38,916 bases of DNA, taken from contig JASFEA010000011.1 of NCBI GenBank assembly GCA_050125095.1, positions 1 through 38,916 of the forward strand. Reading direction: 5' to 3'. A program made the translations under genes and the position numbers. The DNA comes from a bacterium. Its GTDB lineage: Bacteria > Arandabacterota > Arandabacteria > Arandabacterales > JALGWA01. Shown one piece after another: positions 26,682 to 36,854 of this stretch; position 1 is the first letter of the stretch; every line of letters starts with the position of its first letter. The notes beneath the pieces were generated by a model. The model did not search any database. It was not told the DNA's origin and was given only the letters and a program-made list of their open reading frames with translations.

Positions 26682-27992
26682 TCAACGTCTTCCCCTGAGT
26701 TTGCCCCTCTTGAGGAATCCCTCGTAATGCCTCATCAGGAGGTGCGACTCGATTTGCTGTAATGTGTCCAGTGCGACACCAACAACGATCAGAAGCCCCG
26801 TCCCGCCGAATACGAAGGGCGCACGGAATTTATAAAGAAATATCGAGGGTAATATCGCTATGAATGCCAGGAAAATGGCGCCCGGCAGGGTTATCCGCGT
26901 CAGGACCCTGTCTATGTATTCCGCCGTCCGCTTTCCCGGCCTGATTCCAGGTATAAAGCCGCCGTATTTCTGCATGTTGTCCGCCAGGTCCTGCGGATTG
27001 AACACAATGGCCGTATAGAAGTAGGCGAAGAACACGATGATAACCGCGTACAGGAAGTTATACAGGAAGGATCCCGGCGACATGTACGCGTTCACCACAT
27101 CTGAGATCTCCGCCCTCCCGAACCAGGTGGCAATACTGGTCGGGAACATCAGTATAGCCTGGGCGAAGATGATGGGGATAACTCCGGCCGTATTTACCCT
27201 AAGCGGTATATGGGTGCTGTGACCCCCGTAGATTTTCCTCCCCACGACCCGCTTGGCGTATTGCACGGGTATTTTTCGCATTCCCTGCGTCATCACGATC
27301 ACGCCCGCGATAATGAATACCATAACCAGCAGGAGCAGAACCAGCGTGAAGAAGTTGAGCTGGCCCGACCTCAGGGCGTCAATGGTCCTCAAAATGTCGT
27401 TGGGATACCTCGCTATAATGCCGGTGAAGATTATCAGCGATATCCCGTTGCCTATGCCCTTCTCCGTGATTTTCTCCCCCAGCCACATCAGGAAGATCGT
27501 CCCCGCCGTCAGCGTAATCACCGTCATCATCCTGAAGCCGAGGCCCGGGTCCGGAACGATGGGACGCGAGGTGGCAATCGGCATGCGCTCAAGATACGCG
27601 GAGATGCCATATCCCTGAAGTATCGCAAGTACGACCGTGCCGTACCGCGTGTACTGCGTGATCTTCTTCCTGCCCTCTTCCCCCTCCTTCTGCAGCTTCT
27701 CGAAGTAGGGAATCACCGCCGTGAGGAGCTGCATGATAATCGAGGACGATATATAGGGCATAATGCCAAGCGCGAACACTGTAGCTCTCGAGAAGGCGCC
27801 GCCTGCGAACATATCGTAAAGGCCGAGCAACGTGCCCTGCATTCTCTCCAGTGCTTCGGCCAGTGCGGATCCGTCGATTCCGGGTACGGGAACGTAGCAG
27901 CCGACCCTGAATACAATTAGCAGACCGAGCGTTATCAGAATCCTCCGCCTCAGTTCCGGGATCTTGAAAATGCTCTGAATTTTGTCCAGCAC
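26682..27992 (-). CDS. secY: Preprotein translocase subunit SecY
   Basis: ALGIMPYI, WLGEKIT.KGIGNG, IPGIRPG, FGGT.LLIVVGV. Confidence 0.99.
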   Translation of the reverse strand: MLDKIQSIFKIPELRRRILITLGLLIVFRVGCYVPVPGIDGSALAEALERMQGTLLGLYDMFAGGAFSRATVFALGIMPYISSSIIMQLLTAVIPYFEKLQKEGEEGRKKITQYTRYGTVVLAILQGYGISAYLERMPIATSRPIVPDPGLGFRMMTVITLTAGTIFLMWLGEKITEKGIGNGISLIIFTGIIARYPNDILRTIDALRSGQLNFFTLVLLLLVMVFIIAGVIVMTQGMRKIPVQYAKRVVGRKIYGGHSTHIPLRVNTAGVIPIIFAQAILMFPTSIATWFGRAEISDVVNAYMSPGSFLYNFLYAVIIVFFAYFYTAIVFNPQDLADNMQKYGGFIPGIRPGKRTAEYIDRVLTRITLPGAIFLAFIAILPSIFLYKFRAPFVFGGTGLLIVVGVALDTLQQIESHLLMRHYEGFLKRGKLRGRR

Positions 27993-28027
27993 TCGTAATC
28001 CTCCTCGAGTGAAAAGCGCTTACCGCT

Positions 28028-28468
28028 TTATTTTAAAAGGGTCAGCGTGCCCCCGGCCTTCTCGATCATTTCCTTCGCCTTTGCAGATGCGGCGTGGGCA
28101 CTGACCTTGACCGCGAAGCCGATCTCCCCATTGGCCAATATCTTAACTTTGCTGGTGTTCCGGGATACAAGTCTCTTGGCAGCCAGGCTCTCAGGAGTAA
28201 CCTCGTCCCCCTCGGCGAACCTCTCGGACAGGTCCCTGAGATTCACCACTTCGTACTCCACTCTCATGTAGTTCTTGAAGCCGCGCTTCGGCAGCCGCCT
28301 CTGAAGGGGCATCTGGCCGCCCTCGAACCACGGATGAACGGTGTTCCTCGCCTTTTGTCCCTTGTTGCCCCGGCAGCATCTCTTGCCGTGTCCGCTCCCG
28401 GCCCCGCGTCCGACGCGCTTCCGCGTCTTCTTGGCCCCCGGGGACGGAGCGAGCTCATTGAGTTTCAC
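28028..28468 (-). CDS. rplO: 50S ribosomal protein L15
   Basis: RVGRGAGSG, FEGGQMPLQRRLPKRGF. Confidence 0.98.
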   Translation of the reverse strand: MKLNELAPSPGAKKTRKRVGRGAGSGHGKRCCRGNKGQKARNTVHPWFEGGQMPLQRRLPKRGFKNYMRVEYEVVNLRDLSERFAEGDEVTPESLAAKRLVSRNTSKVKILANGEIGFAVKVSAHAASAKAKEMIEKAGGTLTLLK

Positions 28469-28663
28469 CTACTTACTCTCCTTCTCGATGACTTCCACAC
28501 TTATCAGATGCTCCACCTTCTTGATCATGCCCCTGATAGTGTCTGTGTCGGCATGCTCTACAACAGAGCCCGGGTGCTTCAAGCCCAGCGCGCGCAGCAC
28601 TTTCTTGTGCTTCCCGAGCCGCCCTATCCCGCTTCTCGTCTGCTTAATTCTCAGCATCGTCAC
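28469..28663 (-). CDS. rpmD: 50S ribosomal protein L30
   Basis: [26 protein letters not shown]. Start is uncertain (GTG 28672, GTG 28663 or ATG 28657); all overlap the end of rpsE. Confidence 0.92.
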   Translation of the reverse strand: MTMLRIKQTRSGIGRLGKHKKVLRALGLKHPGSVVEHADTDTIRGMIKKVEHLISVEVIEKESK

Positions 28664-29594
28664 TTGTATCACTCTCCGTGAAACCTAGTACTTCCCCAAC
28701 CGACATTCCTCTTATCTTGCCCACGTCGGCGGCCCTCCTGAGCTGCAGAAGTCCGTCCATCGTAGCCTTAACCACATTATGGGGATTGTTGGACCCAAGG
28801 CACTTTGTCAGAACGTCGCGAACGCCCGCGGGCTCCAATACGCCACGAACCGGGCCGCCGGCGATGACACCGGTACCCGGAGACGCGGGCTTCAGGAGCA
28901 CCCTGCCCGCCCCGCTTCGTCCTATCACTTCATGGGGTATAGTCGTACCGAGAAGAGGTATCGGAACCATGTCTTTTTTCGCTGCCTCTATCGCCTTCCG
29001 AATCGTGTCGGCAACTTCGTTAGCCTTGCCCATACCGATGCCGACCATGCCCTTGCCGTCGCCCACCGCGACAATGGCATTGAAACTGAAACGCCTACCG
29101 CCCTTTACTACTTTCGCCACTCTGTTTATGTGAATGACGTGCTCTATCAGCTGGTCCTCTTCTTCTTCCTGTACTTCACGGCCCCGACCGCGACCTCTGC
29201 CTCCGGGCCGGCCCCCGGGTCTGCCCCTGCCCATCCTCCGCGCGGGAGCGGCGGGCCTGGTCGAGGCAGGAGCATGCCTGCTCGCCAGCTCGGGCTTGGT
29301 CCCGATCCCCTCGGGCGCCTTCTCACCCTCCTCCGCCTCGGCCTCAACAGCCTCGGCGGGCTCAGGCTTCGTCCCCCCTCTGGGCTTCGTTCCCCCTCTG
29401 GGCTTCATTTCCGCCTTGGGCTTCATTTCCGCTTTGGGCTTCGTTTCCGCTTTGGGCTTCTCAGTCGATTCGGACTTCTCGGCAGCTGCGGCCTCTTCGG
29501 CCTTGGCCTCCGCCGCACCTTCAGCCTTGGGCTCGGGCTGTGCTGACGGCTCTGCCTTATCTTTTTTCGGTTCCTTGTTTACCTCTTCTGCCAA
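28644..29594 (-). CDS. rpsE: 30S ribosomal protein S5 with about 145-aa N-terminal extension
   Basis: [35 protein letters not shown] start with purine-rich SD 18 nt after the rplR stop. Confidence 0.96.
   Translation of the reverse strand: MAEEVNKEPKKDKAEPSAQPEPKAEGAAEAKAEEAAAAEKSESTEKPKAETKPKAEMKPKAEMKPRGGTKPRGGTKPEPAEAVEAEAEEGEKAPEGIGTKPELASRHAPASTRPAAPARRMGRGRPGGRPGGRGRGRGREVQEEEEDQLIEHVIHINRVAKVVKGGRRFSFNAIVAVGDGKGMVGIGMGKANEVADTIRKAIEAAKKDMVPIPLLGTTIPHEVIGRSGAGRVLLKPASPGTGVIAGGPVRGVLEPAGVRDVLTKCLGSNNPHNVVKATMDGLLQLRRAADVGKIRGMSVGEVLGFTESDTSDDAEN
29365..29460 (-). repeat. 18-bp in-frame tandem repeat (5 units plus a partial) in rpsE
   Basis: ggcttc recurs at 29365, 29383, 29401, 29419, 29437 and 29455, encoding [32 protein letters not shown]. 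Confidence 0.9.
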
Positions 29595-29612
29595 ATCACT
29601 CCCCCCTTAGGT

Positions 29613-29981
29613 CTAGAATTCCAGACCGGATTTCCTGGCCGCCTCGGCAAGGGCCTTAACCCTGCCGTGGTACTTGTAGCCTGCCCGGTCGAATACCACC
29701 CTGGTTATTCCTTTTTCAGTCGCGAGCTTGGCTATCGCCTCGCCTACCGCCCGGCTCTCGGCAAATTGCTCTTTGTCGGCCTTGACCTTCTCAGTGATTG
29801 CCTTGGATGAGCCGCAGACGCCGGCGATCACGGTGCCCGCCATGTCATCGACAACCTGAGCGTACATGTGCTTATTGCTGCGGTAGACCATGAGCCTGGG
29901 CCGCTCCGGTGTCCCGCGCAGGTGCCGTCGGATCCTCAGGTGTCTTCTTTCGCGTCCGCCCAGTCTTTTAGTAGTACCCAT
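29613..29981 (-). CDS. rplR: 50S ribosomal protein L18
   Basis: RPRLMVYRSNKH, VVFDRAGYKYHGRV. Confidence 0.98.
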   Translation of the reverse strand: MGTTKRLGGRERRHLRIRRHLRGTPERPRLMVYRSNKHMYAQVVDDMAGTVIAGVCGSSKAITEKVKADKEQFAESRAVGEAIAKLATEKGITRVVFDRAGYKYHGRVKALAEAARKSGLEF

Positions 29982-29992
29982 CTAACACTCCA

Positions 29993-30538
29993 TTAAGCTT
30001 GTGCAGCGCCAGCCTTGCCGGCCTTTCTCTTCACGTACTCGCCGACGTACCTGATGCCCTTGCCCTTGTAGGGCTCGGGCGGATCAAAGGCGCGAATATC
30101 GGCTGCGGCCTGTCCAACTTCTTCCTTGTCGATGCCGAGCACCCTGATCCTCTCCTGGTCCGGCACCTCAATGGTGACTCCCTTCGGAGGCTCGTAGACC
30201 ACCGGGTGGGACATTGACAGGTTCATACTGAGCTTGTTTCCCTGCATCTCGGCTTTGTAGCCGATGCCGTGTATCTCGAGCTCCTTGGTGAATCCCTGTG
30301 TCACGCCTATAATCATGTTGTTAATAAGAACTCTCATGGTCCCGTGAAGCGCCCTGTGAAAAGGCAGGTCCGAGGGACGCTCAACCGTAATCTTGTCTTT
30401 TTCCACCGTGACCTTCATCTCGTGGTGCAGGTCTCTCTCAAGAGCCCCCTTTGGCCCCTTGACCTTAATGTGATGGCCGCTGAGTTTGACCTCGACACCC
30501 GAGGGGATCGTGATCGGTAATTTCCCCACTCGTGACAT
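29993..30538 (-). CDS. rplF: 50S ribosomal protein L6
   Basis: [20 protein letters not shown]. Start corrected to ATG 30538. Confidence 0.98.
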   Translation of the reverse strand: MSRVGKLPITIPSGVEVKLSGHHIKVKGPKGALERDLHHEMKVTVEKDKITVERPSDLPFHRALHGTMRVLINNMIIGVTQGFTKELEIHGIGYKAEMQGNKLSMNLSMSHPVVYEPPKGVTIEVPDQERIRVLGIDKEEVGQAAADIRAFDPPEPYKGKGIRYVGEYVKRKAGKAGAAQA

Positions 30539-30551
30539 TTGAATCCCCCGT

Positions 30552-30950
30552 TTACCAGACTCGGCAGAGCACTTCTCCACCGATTCCCTTGTGTCTTGCT
30601 TCCTTACCGGTCATGACGCCATGGGACGTTGTCAGAATAGCGATGCCCAGTCCGCCCCTTATTCGCGGAACGTGCTTTTTGTCCGTATACCGCCTCAGCC
30701 CGGGCGTGGAGATCTTCTGGATGCCTGAAATGACGGATTTCTCCTCATCGGTATACTTGAGGTAAATCCTCAGCTTCCCCTGCTTTCCATCCTCGATATA
30801 CTTGTAGTTGTTGATGAACTTCTCCATCAACAGGACCTTGAGAACGTCCTGCTTGAGTTTAGAAGCAGGCACCTCCACTCTCTTCAACTTGGCCTTGCAA
30901 CCGTTCCTTATGACGGTCAACATGTCTGCAATCGGATCAGAGATCGCCAT
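30552..30950 (-). CDS. rpsH: 30S ribosomal protein S8
   Basis: [25 protein letters not shown]. Confidence 0.98.
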   Translation of the reverse strand: MAISDPIADMLTVIRNGCKAKLKRVEVPASKLKQDVLKVLLMEKFINNYKYIEDGKQGKLRIYLKYTDEEKSVISGIQKISTPGLRRYTDKKHVPRIRGGLGIAILTTSHGVMTGKEARHKGIGGEVLCRVW

Positions 30951-30973
30951 CTACGCTTTCCTCTCTAAATGTC

Positions 30974-31159
30974 TTACCAACTCGCCTTTACTACGCCCGG
31001 GATCTGTCCCATCAGCGAGAGTTCCCTAAAGCAAATCCTGCAAACCCCGAATTTCCTCAAGTAAGCTCTCGGTCTCCCGCAGCGATGGCATCTGTTGTGC
31101 TGTCGAACCTTGAACTTAGGTTCTTTTCTCCATTTCTCCATGGAAGACTTCTTCGCCAC
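30974..31159 (-). CDS. rpsN: 30S ribosomal protein S14, short zinc-binding (type Z) form
   Basis: 61 aa, [22 protein letters not shown]. Confidence 0.97.
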   Translation of the reverse strand: MAKKSSMEKWRKEPKFKVRQHNRCHRCGRPRAYLRKFGVCRICFRELSLMGQIPGVVKASW

Positions 31160-31174
31160 AGCTCCTCCCTCTCT

Positions 31175-32020
31175 CTAGCTGGTTCTGAAAGGCATGCCGA
31201 GCCCCTTAAGCAGCTCCAGTGCCTCCTCGTCGGTCTTACATGTCGTAGCAATCGTTATATCCATTCCCATGATCTTCGCCACTTTGTCGTAGTCTATCTC
31301 CGGGAACACTATTTGCTCTTTTATGCCGAACGTATAATTGCCATGGCCGTCGAAACTATCCGGGGAAAGGCCCCTGAAATCCCTGATCCTCGGGATGGCG
31401 GCGGTGACCAGTCTGTCAAAGAACTCGTACATCCTCATGCCGCGCAGGGTCACCTTACAGCCCAGTGACATTCCCTTTCTCACCTTGAAGCTGGCCACGG
31501 ACTTCCGCGCCTTCGTTATCTTCGGGCGCTGGCCGGTAATAGTAGCAAGGTCATCAGCCGCGGCGTCCAGGAGCTTGCTGTCCTTCATGGCCTCACCGAT
31601 GCCCATATTGACGACTATCTTCGCCAGCTTGGGTATCTCGTGCGCATTGGCGTAACCGAATCGCTTCTGCATTGCGGGCCCGACTTCCGCGCGGAAGTGA
31701 GTCAGGGCCCTTGGCACGTAACCCGGTGGAATCGGCGGGGATTCTTCTGTCTTCTCAGCCTTCTTTTCCTTCCCGGATTTGTCGCCTTTGGCCGTCTTTT
31801 TGCCCTTATCGGCCTTCTTGGCCTTCTTGGATTCCTCGGCCTTCACAGGTTGCTCCGCCTTCTTGGATTCCCCGGCCTTCACGGCTTCCGCGGACTCATC
31901 CGCCTTCACAGGTTGCTCCACCCCGGCCGCCTCTTTCGCCTCGCCGGCGCCTTCAGGCCCGCCAGTAATCCCGGCCTCCGCCTGCTCGTCCTTTATTTCT
32001 TCTCTGTTCTCCTCTGCCAC
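31175..32020 (-). CDS. rplE: 50S ribosomal protein L5 with about 100-aa N-terminal extension
   Basis: [33 protein letters not shown] start with GAGAGGT SD 17 nt after the rplX stop. Confidence 0.96.
   Translation of the reverse strand: MAEENREEIKDEQAEAGITGGPEGAGEAKEAAGVEQPVKADESAEAVKAGESKKAEQPVKAEESKKAKKADKGKKTAKGDKSGKEKKAEKTEESPPIPPGYVPRALTHFRAEVGPAMQKRFGYANAHEIPKLAKIVVNMGIGEAMKDSKLLDAAADDLATITGQRPKITKARKSVASFKVRKGMSLGCKVTLRGMRMYEFFDRLVTAAIPRIRDFRGLSPDSFDGHGNYTFGIKEQIVFPEIDYDKVAKIMGMDITIATTCKTDEEALELLKGLGMPFRTS
31821..31919 (-). repeat. Degenerate in-frame repeats in the L5 extension
   Basis: gccttcttggattcc.cggccttcac at 31821 and 31857; gccttcacaggttgctcc at 31839 and 31902 (EQPVKA / VKAxESKKA). 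Confidence 0.8.
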
Positions 32021-32037
32021 TTTAGCTCAGACCTCTC

Positions 32038-32355
32038 TTAGACCTTCCCAATGATCTCGTTACACTTGTTACACACCCTGGCTCTCTTGCCTTCGGCGAG
32101 CGTCGTCCGCTTCGGCCGAACACCCTCGCCGCAACGAGGGCATATGACAAGCACGTTTGAAACGTGAATAGGCGCTTCCTTTTCGATTATTCCCCCCGGC
32201 TCCATACGAGAACGGGCCTTGGTGTGCCTCTTGATGAAGTTCACGCCTTCGACGATTATGCGCTCGCCTTTCGGGTAAACTTTAAGCACCTTTCCGGTCT
32301 TACCCTTATCGTTGCCGGCAATTATCTTTACAGTGTCTTCCTTAGCCACCCGCAT
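32038..32355 (-). CDS. rplX: 50S ribosomal protein L24
   Basis: [29 protein letters not shown]. Confidence 0.98.
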   Translation of the reverse strand: MRVAKEDTVKIIAGNDKGKTGKVLKVYPKGERIIVEGVNFIKRHTKARSRMEPGGIIEKEAPIHVSNVLVICPRCGEGVRPKRTTLAEGKRARVCNKCNEIIGKV

Positions 32356-32371
32356 TCTTCCCAGTCCTCCA

Positions 32372-32740
32372 TCAAACGACTTCAGGTGCGAGAGAAATTA
32401 TCTTCATGAAATGCTTCTCCCGGAGCTCACGGGCCACGGGGCCGAATATCCTTGATGCCTTAGGCTCTTTGTCCTCGTTGATCAGCACCGCGGCATTCTG
32501 ATCGAAGCGAATATGCGAGCCGTCCGGCCGCCTGTATTCCTTCTTGGTCCTCACGACCACCGCCTTGGCTACGTCGCCTTTCTTGACGTCACTATCCGGG
32601 ATCGCGTCTTTGACCGCGACCACGATGATGTCGCCAACACGCGCATACCTTCTCATGGAGCCGCCGAGGACGCGTATGCATTGCGCCGTTCTGGCACCCG
32701 AGTTGTCTGCGATCGTCAGTATGGTCTCTACCTGAACCAT
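32372..32740 (-). CDS. rplN: 50S ribosomal protein L14
   Basis: [23 protein letters not shown]. Confidence 0.99.
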   Translation of the reverse strand: MVQVETILTIADNSGARTAQCIRVLGGSMRRYARVGDIIVVAVKDAIPDSDVKKGDVAKAVVVRTKKEYRRPDGSHIRFDQNAAVLINEDKEPKASRIFGPVARELREKHFMKIISLAPEVV

Positions 32741-32752
32741 TTCGTTACCGTC

Positions 32753-33007
32753 CTATTCTGCCTTCCTAACTATCTCAACAACCCTCCAGCGCTTCTGCTT
32801 GCTGAGAGGTCTGGTCTCCTCGATCTTCACGGTATCGCCGGCGGCACACTGTCCCCTCTCGTCATGCGCGTAGAACTTGGGCCGCTTCTTGACCACCTTG
32901 CCGTAAATCGGGTGCCTGAGTCGTCGCGTTACCTGCACGACAACGGTCTTGTCCATCTTGTTGCTAACGACAACGCCGACTCTCGTCTTTTTCTTAGTCT
33001 CGCTCAT
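32753..33007 (-). CDS. rpsQ: 30S ribosomal protein S17
   Basis: [22 protein letters not shown]. Confidence 0.98.
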   Translation of the reverse strand: MSETKKKTRVGVVVSNKMDKTVVVQVTRRLRHPIYGKVVKKRPKFYAHDERGQCAAGDTVKIEETRPLSKQKRWRVVEIVRKAE

Positions 33008-33033
33008 TTCCTACCCTTCTTCGCATCTCAGGC

Positions 33034-33270
33034 CTACTGCTCCCCTTGAGCGACCTCCTCCGAGCCCGGCAGGCGCGATATGCCCCTATCCTCCTCATTC
33101 ATTATGGTGAGGATCCTGGCGATCTCCCTGCGGATTTCTCTGATCTTCAGAGGATTGTCCAGCTTCTGGGAAGAAACCCTGAATCTCAGGTTGAAGAGCT
33201 CTTCACGCAGATCCCGCACGTTTCTCTCGAGCTCCTCCCTGGTCAGTTCTCTGTATTTTTCAGGCTTCAT
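33034..33270 (-). CDS. rpmC: 50S ribosomal protein L29 with short C-terminal tail
   Basis: ELFNLRF, IRREIARILT. ATG 33270 or TTG 33273. Confidence 0.96.
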   Translation of the reverse strand: MKPEKYRELTREELERNVRDLREELFNLRFRVSSQKLDNPLKIREIRREIARILTIMNEEDRGISRLPGSEEVAQGEQ

Positions 33271-33274
33271 CAAC

Positions 33275-33685
33275 CTATACCTCTCTGGTCAGGAACCGCG
33301 TCTTAATGGGAAGCTTCCTCGCGGCGAGGTACATCGCTTCCTTCGCGAGTTCCTCATTCACCCCGCCGAGCTCGAACAGGATCCGGCCGGGCTTCACCAC
33401 TGCGACGTAATGCTCCGGATTGCCCTTACCCTTTCCCATTCTCGTCTCCGCCGGCTTGAAGGTCACGGGCTTGTCGGGGAATATTCTCACCCAGAGCTTC
33501 CCGCCCCTCTTCACGTGCCTGGTCATTGCGACACGGGCGGCCTCAATCTGTCTGGACGTGATCCAGGCCGGCTCGAGAGCCTGCAAACCGAACTCGCCGA
33601 ACTCGATATTGCTGCCTCTCCAGGCGGCCCCTCTCATTCTGCCTCTCTGTTGCTTTCTGTACTTGATCCTTTTGGGGCTAAGCAT
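33275..33685 (-). CDS. rplP: 50S ribosomal protein L16
   Basis: [22 protein letters not shown]. Confidence 0.99.
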   Translation of the reverse strand: MLSPKRIKYRKQQRGRMRGAAWRGSNIEFGEFGLQALEPAWITSRQIEAARVAMTRHVKRGGKLWVRIFPDKPVTFKPAETRMGKGKGNPEHYVAVVKPGRILFELGGVNEELAKEAMYLAARKLPIKTRFLTREV

Positions 33686-33700
33686 CTCTCCCGGCTCCTC

Positions 33701-34345
33701 TTATTCCTTATTGTCCGACGTCTCGAAGACCTCGCCGTGGAAGATCCAGACCTTGACCCCGATGGCGCCATACGTCGTCCTCGAGGTGGCCCTGGCATAG
33801 TCCACATCCGCCCTCAGCGTGTGGAGCGGTACCCGGCCTTCCATGTAGTGTTCACATCTGGCCATCTCGGCTCCCGACAGGCGACCCTTGCACATGATCT
33901 TGATGCCTTCCGCGCCCGCCCGCATCGCGGCCGAAATAGCCTTCTTCATTGCCCTTCTGTGCGAAACCCTCTGCGCCAGCTGATGGGCCACATGCTGAGC
34001 CACAAGCTGCGCGTCGATCTCGGGCCTTTCGACTTCCTGTATGTTCACATGGATTTCTTTCTTCGTTATATGCTGCAGCTCGTCCCGGAGCTGGTCGACT
34101 TCCGTTCCCTTGCGCCCGATGACAATGCCGGGCTTCGCGGTATGTATGGTAACGGTGATCTTCTTCGGGGCTCTCTCTATGACGACCCTGGATATGCCGG
34201 CCCTGTGTAACCTGCTGGTCACGTATTTCCGGATGAATATGTCTTCCTTAAGAAGCTCCGGATAGTCCTTCCTCGCGAACCACTTCGAATCCCAGCTCCT
34301 TACAATACCCAGCCTCAGACCAACAGGGTTTGTCTTCTGCCCCAA
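33701..34345 (-). CDS. rpsC: 30S ribosomal protein S3
   Basis: [34 protein letters not shown] start. Confidence 0.99.
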   Translation of the reverse strand: MGQKTNPVGLRLGIVRSWDSKWFARKDYPELLKEDIFIRKYVTSRLHRAGISRVVIERAPKKITVTIHTAKPGIVIGRKGTEVDQLRDELQHITKKEIHVNIQEVERPEIDAQLVAQHVAHQLAQRVSHRRAMKKAISAAMRAGAEGIKIMCKGRLSGAEMARCEHYMEGRVPLHTLRADVDYARATSRTTYGAIGVKVWIFHGEVFETSDNKE

Positions 34346-34356
34346 AATCGACCTCC

Positions 34357-34785
34357 TTATTTCTTCTTCTTTTTCTTCTTCTTCGCCGGCGCCGCGATAC
34401 TGAGCAGCTTCCGCCCGGCCCTGCTGCTTCTGAGCTCTGCCGGCATCTCGGTTGTGACTGTGACTTTGATATGGCTCATTCTCTTCCTGATCCTAGACGC
34501 ACGTCCATACGCCCGCGGCCGCCAGCGGGGCATAATGGGCCCGCCGTCGATCACGGCATTCGAAACGAACAGGCTTTCTGCCTCCAGTTCGCCGCTGCCG
34601 TCCTTGATGATCGCATTGGCGATAGCGGAATTGAGCGTCTTCTCCAACATCCCCGAGGCCTTCCGCGGCGTTGCCTTCAATATGGCCAGCGCCTCCTTGA
34701 CCGGTTTGCCCTTTATCAGGCTTGCGGTCAGCCGGGCTTTCCGCGGCGATATTAGGTTGTACTTAGATACCGCATGCGCATCCAT
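34357..34785 (-). CDS. rplV: 50S ribosomal protein L22 with basic C-terminal tail
   Basis: [30 protein letters not shown]. Confidence 0.97.
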   Translation of the reverse strand: MDAHAVSKYNLISPRKARLTASLIKGKPVKEALAILKATPRKASGMLEKTLNSAIANAIIKDGSGELEAESLFVSNAVIDGGPIMPRWRPRAYGRASRIRKRMSHIKVTVTTEMPAELRSSRAGRKLLSIAAPAKKKKKKKK

Positions 34786-34796
34786 TCGGTTTTACC

Positions 34797-35084
34797 TCAC
34801 TTAACCTTTGCTGCCCGCTCAGCCATTTTGCCGCCATGACCTCTGAAGGTCCTGGTCGGGGCGAATTCGCCGAGGCGGTGACCGACCATGTTCTCAGTAA
34901 TGAAAATCGGTATGAACTTATTCCCGTTGTGCACCGCTAGGGTGTGTCCCACAAAATCGGGAGTAATGGTCGATGCCCGCGACCAGGTTCTCACGACCTT
35001 CTTCTCCCTGGTCCTGTTCAGCGTCTCTATCTTCGCCGCCAGCTTGGGGGCAACAAAGGGACCTTTCTTTAAAGAACGAGCCAT
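34797..35084 (-). CDS. rpsS: 30S ribosomal protein S19
   Basis: [23 protein letters not shown]. Confidence 0.99.
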   Translation of the reverse strand: MARSLKKGPFVAPKLAAKIETLNRTREKKVVRTWSRASTITPDFVGHTLAVHNGNKFIPIFITENMVGHRLGEFAPTRTFRGHGGKMAERAAKVK

Positions 35085-35098
35085 GCTCCGTCTTCCCC

Positions 35099-35926
35099 CT
35101 ATTTCTTCTTACGCCGCCTTACAATGTACTTGTCCGAGAGCTTCCTCTTCCTGGTCTTGTAGCCCTTGGTCGGCACCCCCCAAGGCGAACACGGGTGGCG
35201 CCCGCCCGAGCTCTTGCCCTCACCGCCTCCCATGGGGTGGTCGATGGGGTTCATGGCGACGCCCCGCACATGCGGGCGCCTGCCGAGCCAGCGGCTCCTC
35301 CCTGCCTTGCCTATGGTGATATTCTCGTGATCCGCGTTCCCGACCTGGCCAATAGTGGCGAGGCATTCCTGCCTCGCAAGTCTCACCTCGCCGGAGGGAA
35401 GCCTCAGATGGGCGTACTTCCCTTCCTTTGCGGCGATCATGACGAACGTCCCGGCGCCTCGCGCAAGCTGCCCGCCCTTGCCCGGCACGAGCTCGACGTT
35501 GTGAACTTCCGTTCCCAGAGGGATGTTCTTAAGGGGCAGGGTGTTCCCGACCCTAATCTCGGAGCCCGGCCCGGAGACGACCTTGTCGCCTACGCCCAGC
35601 CCCATGGGCGCGAGGATGTATCTCTTCTCGCCGTCCGCGTAGTGCAACAGGGCGATTCTCGCGGAGCGGTTGGGGTCGTACTCGATACTCGCCACCTTCG
35701 CGGGGATGTCGAACTTGTCCCTCTTAAAATCGATTATTCTGTAGAGCCGCTTGTGCCCGCCGCCCCGGAACCTCATGGTGACCCGACCGTTCGAGTTCCG
35801 TCCGCCCTTCGACTTTACAGACGAGGTCAGCCTCTTCTCCGGCCTGGTCCTGGTCACTTCTTCAAACGTGGACACCGTCTGGTATCTCATCGTCGGGGTG
35901 GTAGGCTTATGTCTTCTTATACCCAT
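35099..35926 (-). CDS. rplB: 50S ribosomal protein L2
   Basis: [25 protein letters not shown]. Confidence 0.99.
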   Translation of the reverse strand: MGIRRHKPTTPTMRYQTVSTFEEVTRTRPEKRLTSSVKSKGGRNSNGRVTMRFRGGGHKRLYRIIDFKRDKFDIPAKVASIEYDPNRSARIALLHYADGEKRYILAPMGLGVGDKVVSGPGSEIRVGNTLPLKNIPLGTEVHNVELVPGKGGQLARGAGTFVMIAAKEGKYAHLRLPSGEVRLARQECLATIGQVGNADHENITIGKAGRSRWLGRRPHVRGVAMNPIDHPMGGGEGKSSGGRHPCSPWGVPTKGYKTRKRKLSDKYIVRRRKKK

Positions 35927-35929
35927 CGC

Positions 35930-36220
35930 TTACACCTGTTCGAATAGGTCAATAGTCTGACCCGCCTCAAGAGTAACAACGGCCTTCTTCCAGTCGGGCC
36001 TCTTGCCCTCATACACGCCCAGCCGCTTGACCTTTCCGTGCACAGTAGCCGTCTTCACGCTTTTAACTTTCACATTGAATATCTCTTCAACCGCCCGCTT
36101 TATCTCTATCTTGTTCGCTGTCATGGCAACGCTGAAGAGGTACTTGTTCTCCTGCTCTCGTATCTGCGAGCCCTTCTCGGTAACCAGGGGCCTTATGATG
36201 ATCGATCTTGCATTCTTCAC
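35930..36220 (-). CDS. rplW: 50S ribosomal protein L23
   Basis: PLVTEK, ANKIEIK..VE.IF.VKV, WKKAVVTL. Confidence 0.98.
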   Translation of the reverse strand: MKNARSIIIRPLVTEKGSQIREQENKYLFSVAMTANKIEIKRAVEEIFNVKVKSVKTATVHGKVKRLGVYEGKRPDWKKAVVTLEAGQTIDLFEQV

Positions 36221-36840
36221 CGTTTAAGCACCTCCACCACCATGTCGACGGCCTGCCTGTCCATGACCACGGTGTCGCAGTTCAGCACGTCGTATACGTT
36301 CAGATCCTTCGCTATGGTGGTTGTCATGCCGGGTATGTTGCTCATGCCCCTGACGATGTTCTCGTTCTTCTCCGGGAGCACGAAGAGACACCTGGCCCCC
36401 TCCAGCCCAAGGGACTTTATCAGCTCAACTGCGAGCTTCGTCTTGGGGCCGTCTATTGCTATCCCGTCGACGACCTTGACGTCGCCTTCTCTCGCCTTTA
36501 TAGAGAGCGCGCAGCGAATGGCAAGACGCCGCTCCTTCTTCGGCAAAGAGAAGTAATAGTCTCTCGGCTTGGGGCCGAAAACCACGCCGCCGCCCTTCCA
36601 GATGGGGGATGCGGCCGTGCCCGACCTGGCTCTCCCGAGGCCCTTCTGCTTCCATGGCTTCCTGCCGCTCGCCTTGACCTCCGACCTTCCCTTGGTCGAC
36701 GCGTTCCCCTGGCGCTGATTAGCCAGGTACGAACGCACGGCTTCATAGAGCACTTTCTTCTTTGGCTTCACGTTGAAGACGCCGTCCGGAAGATCTATCT
36801 TCCCGGCGCCCCCCGCTTTGTTGAGTACCTCTACCTCCAT
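36217..36840 (-). CDS. rplD: 50S ribosomal protein L4
   Basis: RQGNASTK.RSEV, KPWKQKGLGRAR, GGGVVFGPKPR. Confidence 0.98.
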   Translation of the reverse strand: MEVEVLNKAGGAGKIDLPDGVFNVKPKKKVLYEAVRSYLANQRQGNASTKGRSEVKASGRKPWKQKGLGRARSGTAASPIWKGGGVVFGPKPRDYYFSLPKKERRLAIRCALSIKAREGDVKVVDGIAIDGPKTKLAVELIKSLGLEGARCLFVLPEKNENIVRGMSNIPGMTTTIAKDLNVYDVLNCDTVVMDRQAVDMVVEVLKR

Positions 36841-36854
36841 AGCGAACTTTTCTC

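Noticed and set aside
29365-29460. Short periodic repeats resembling a CRISPR or iteron array
   Set aside because: The 18-bp units have no unique spacers, are in frame within rpsE, and no cas or rep gene is nearby.
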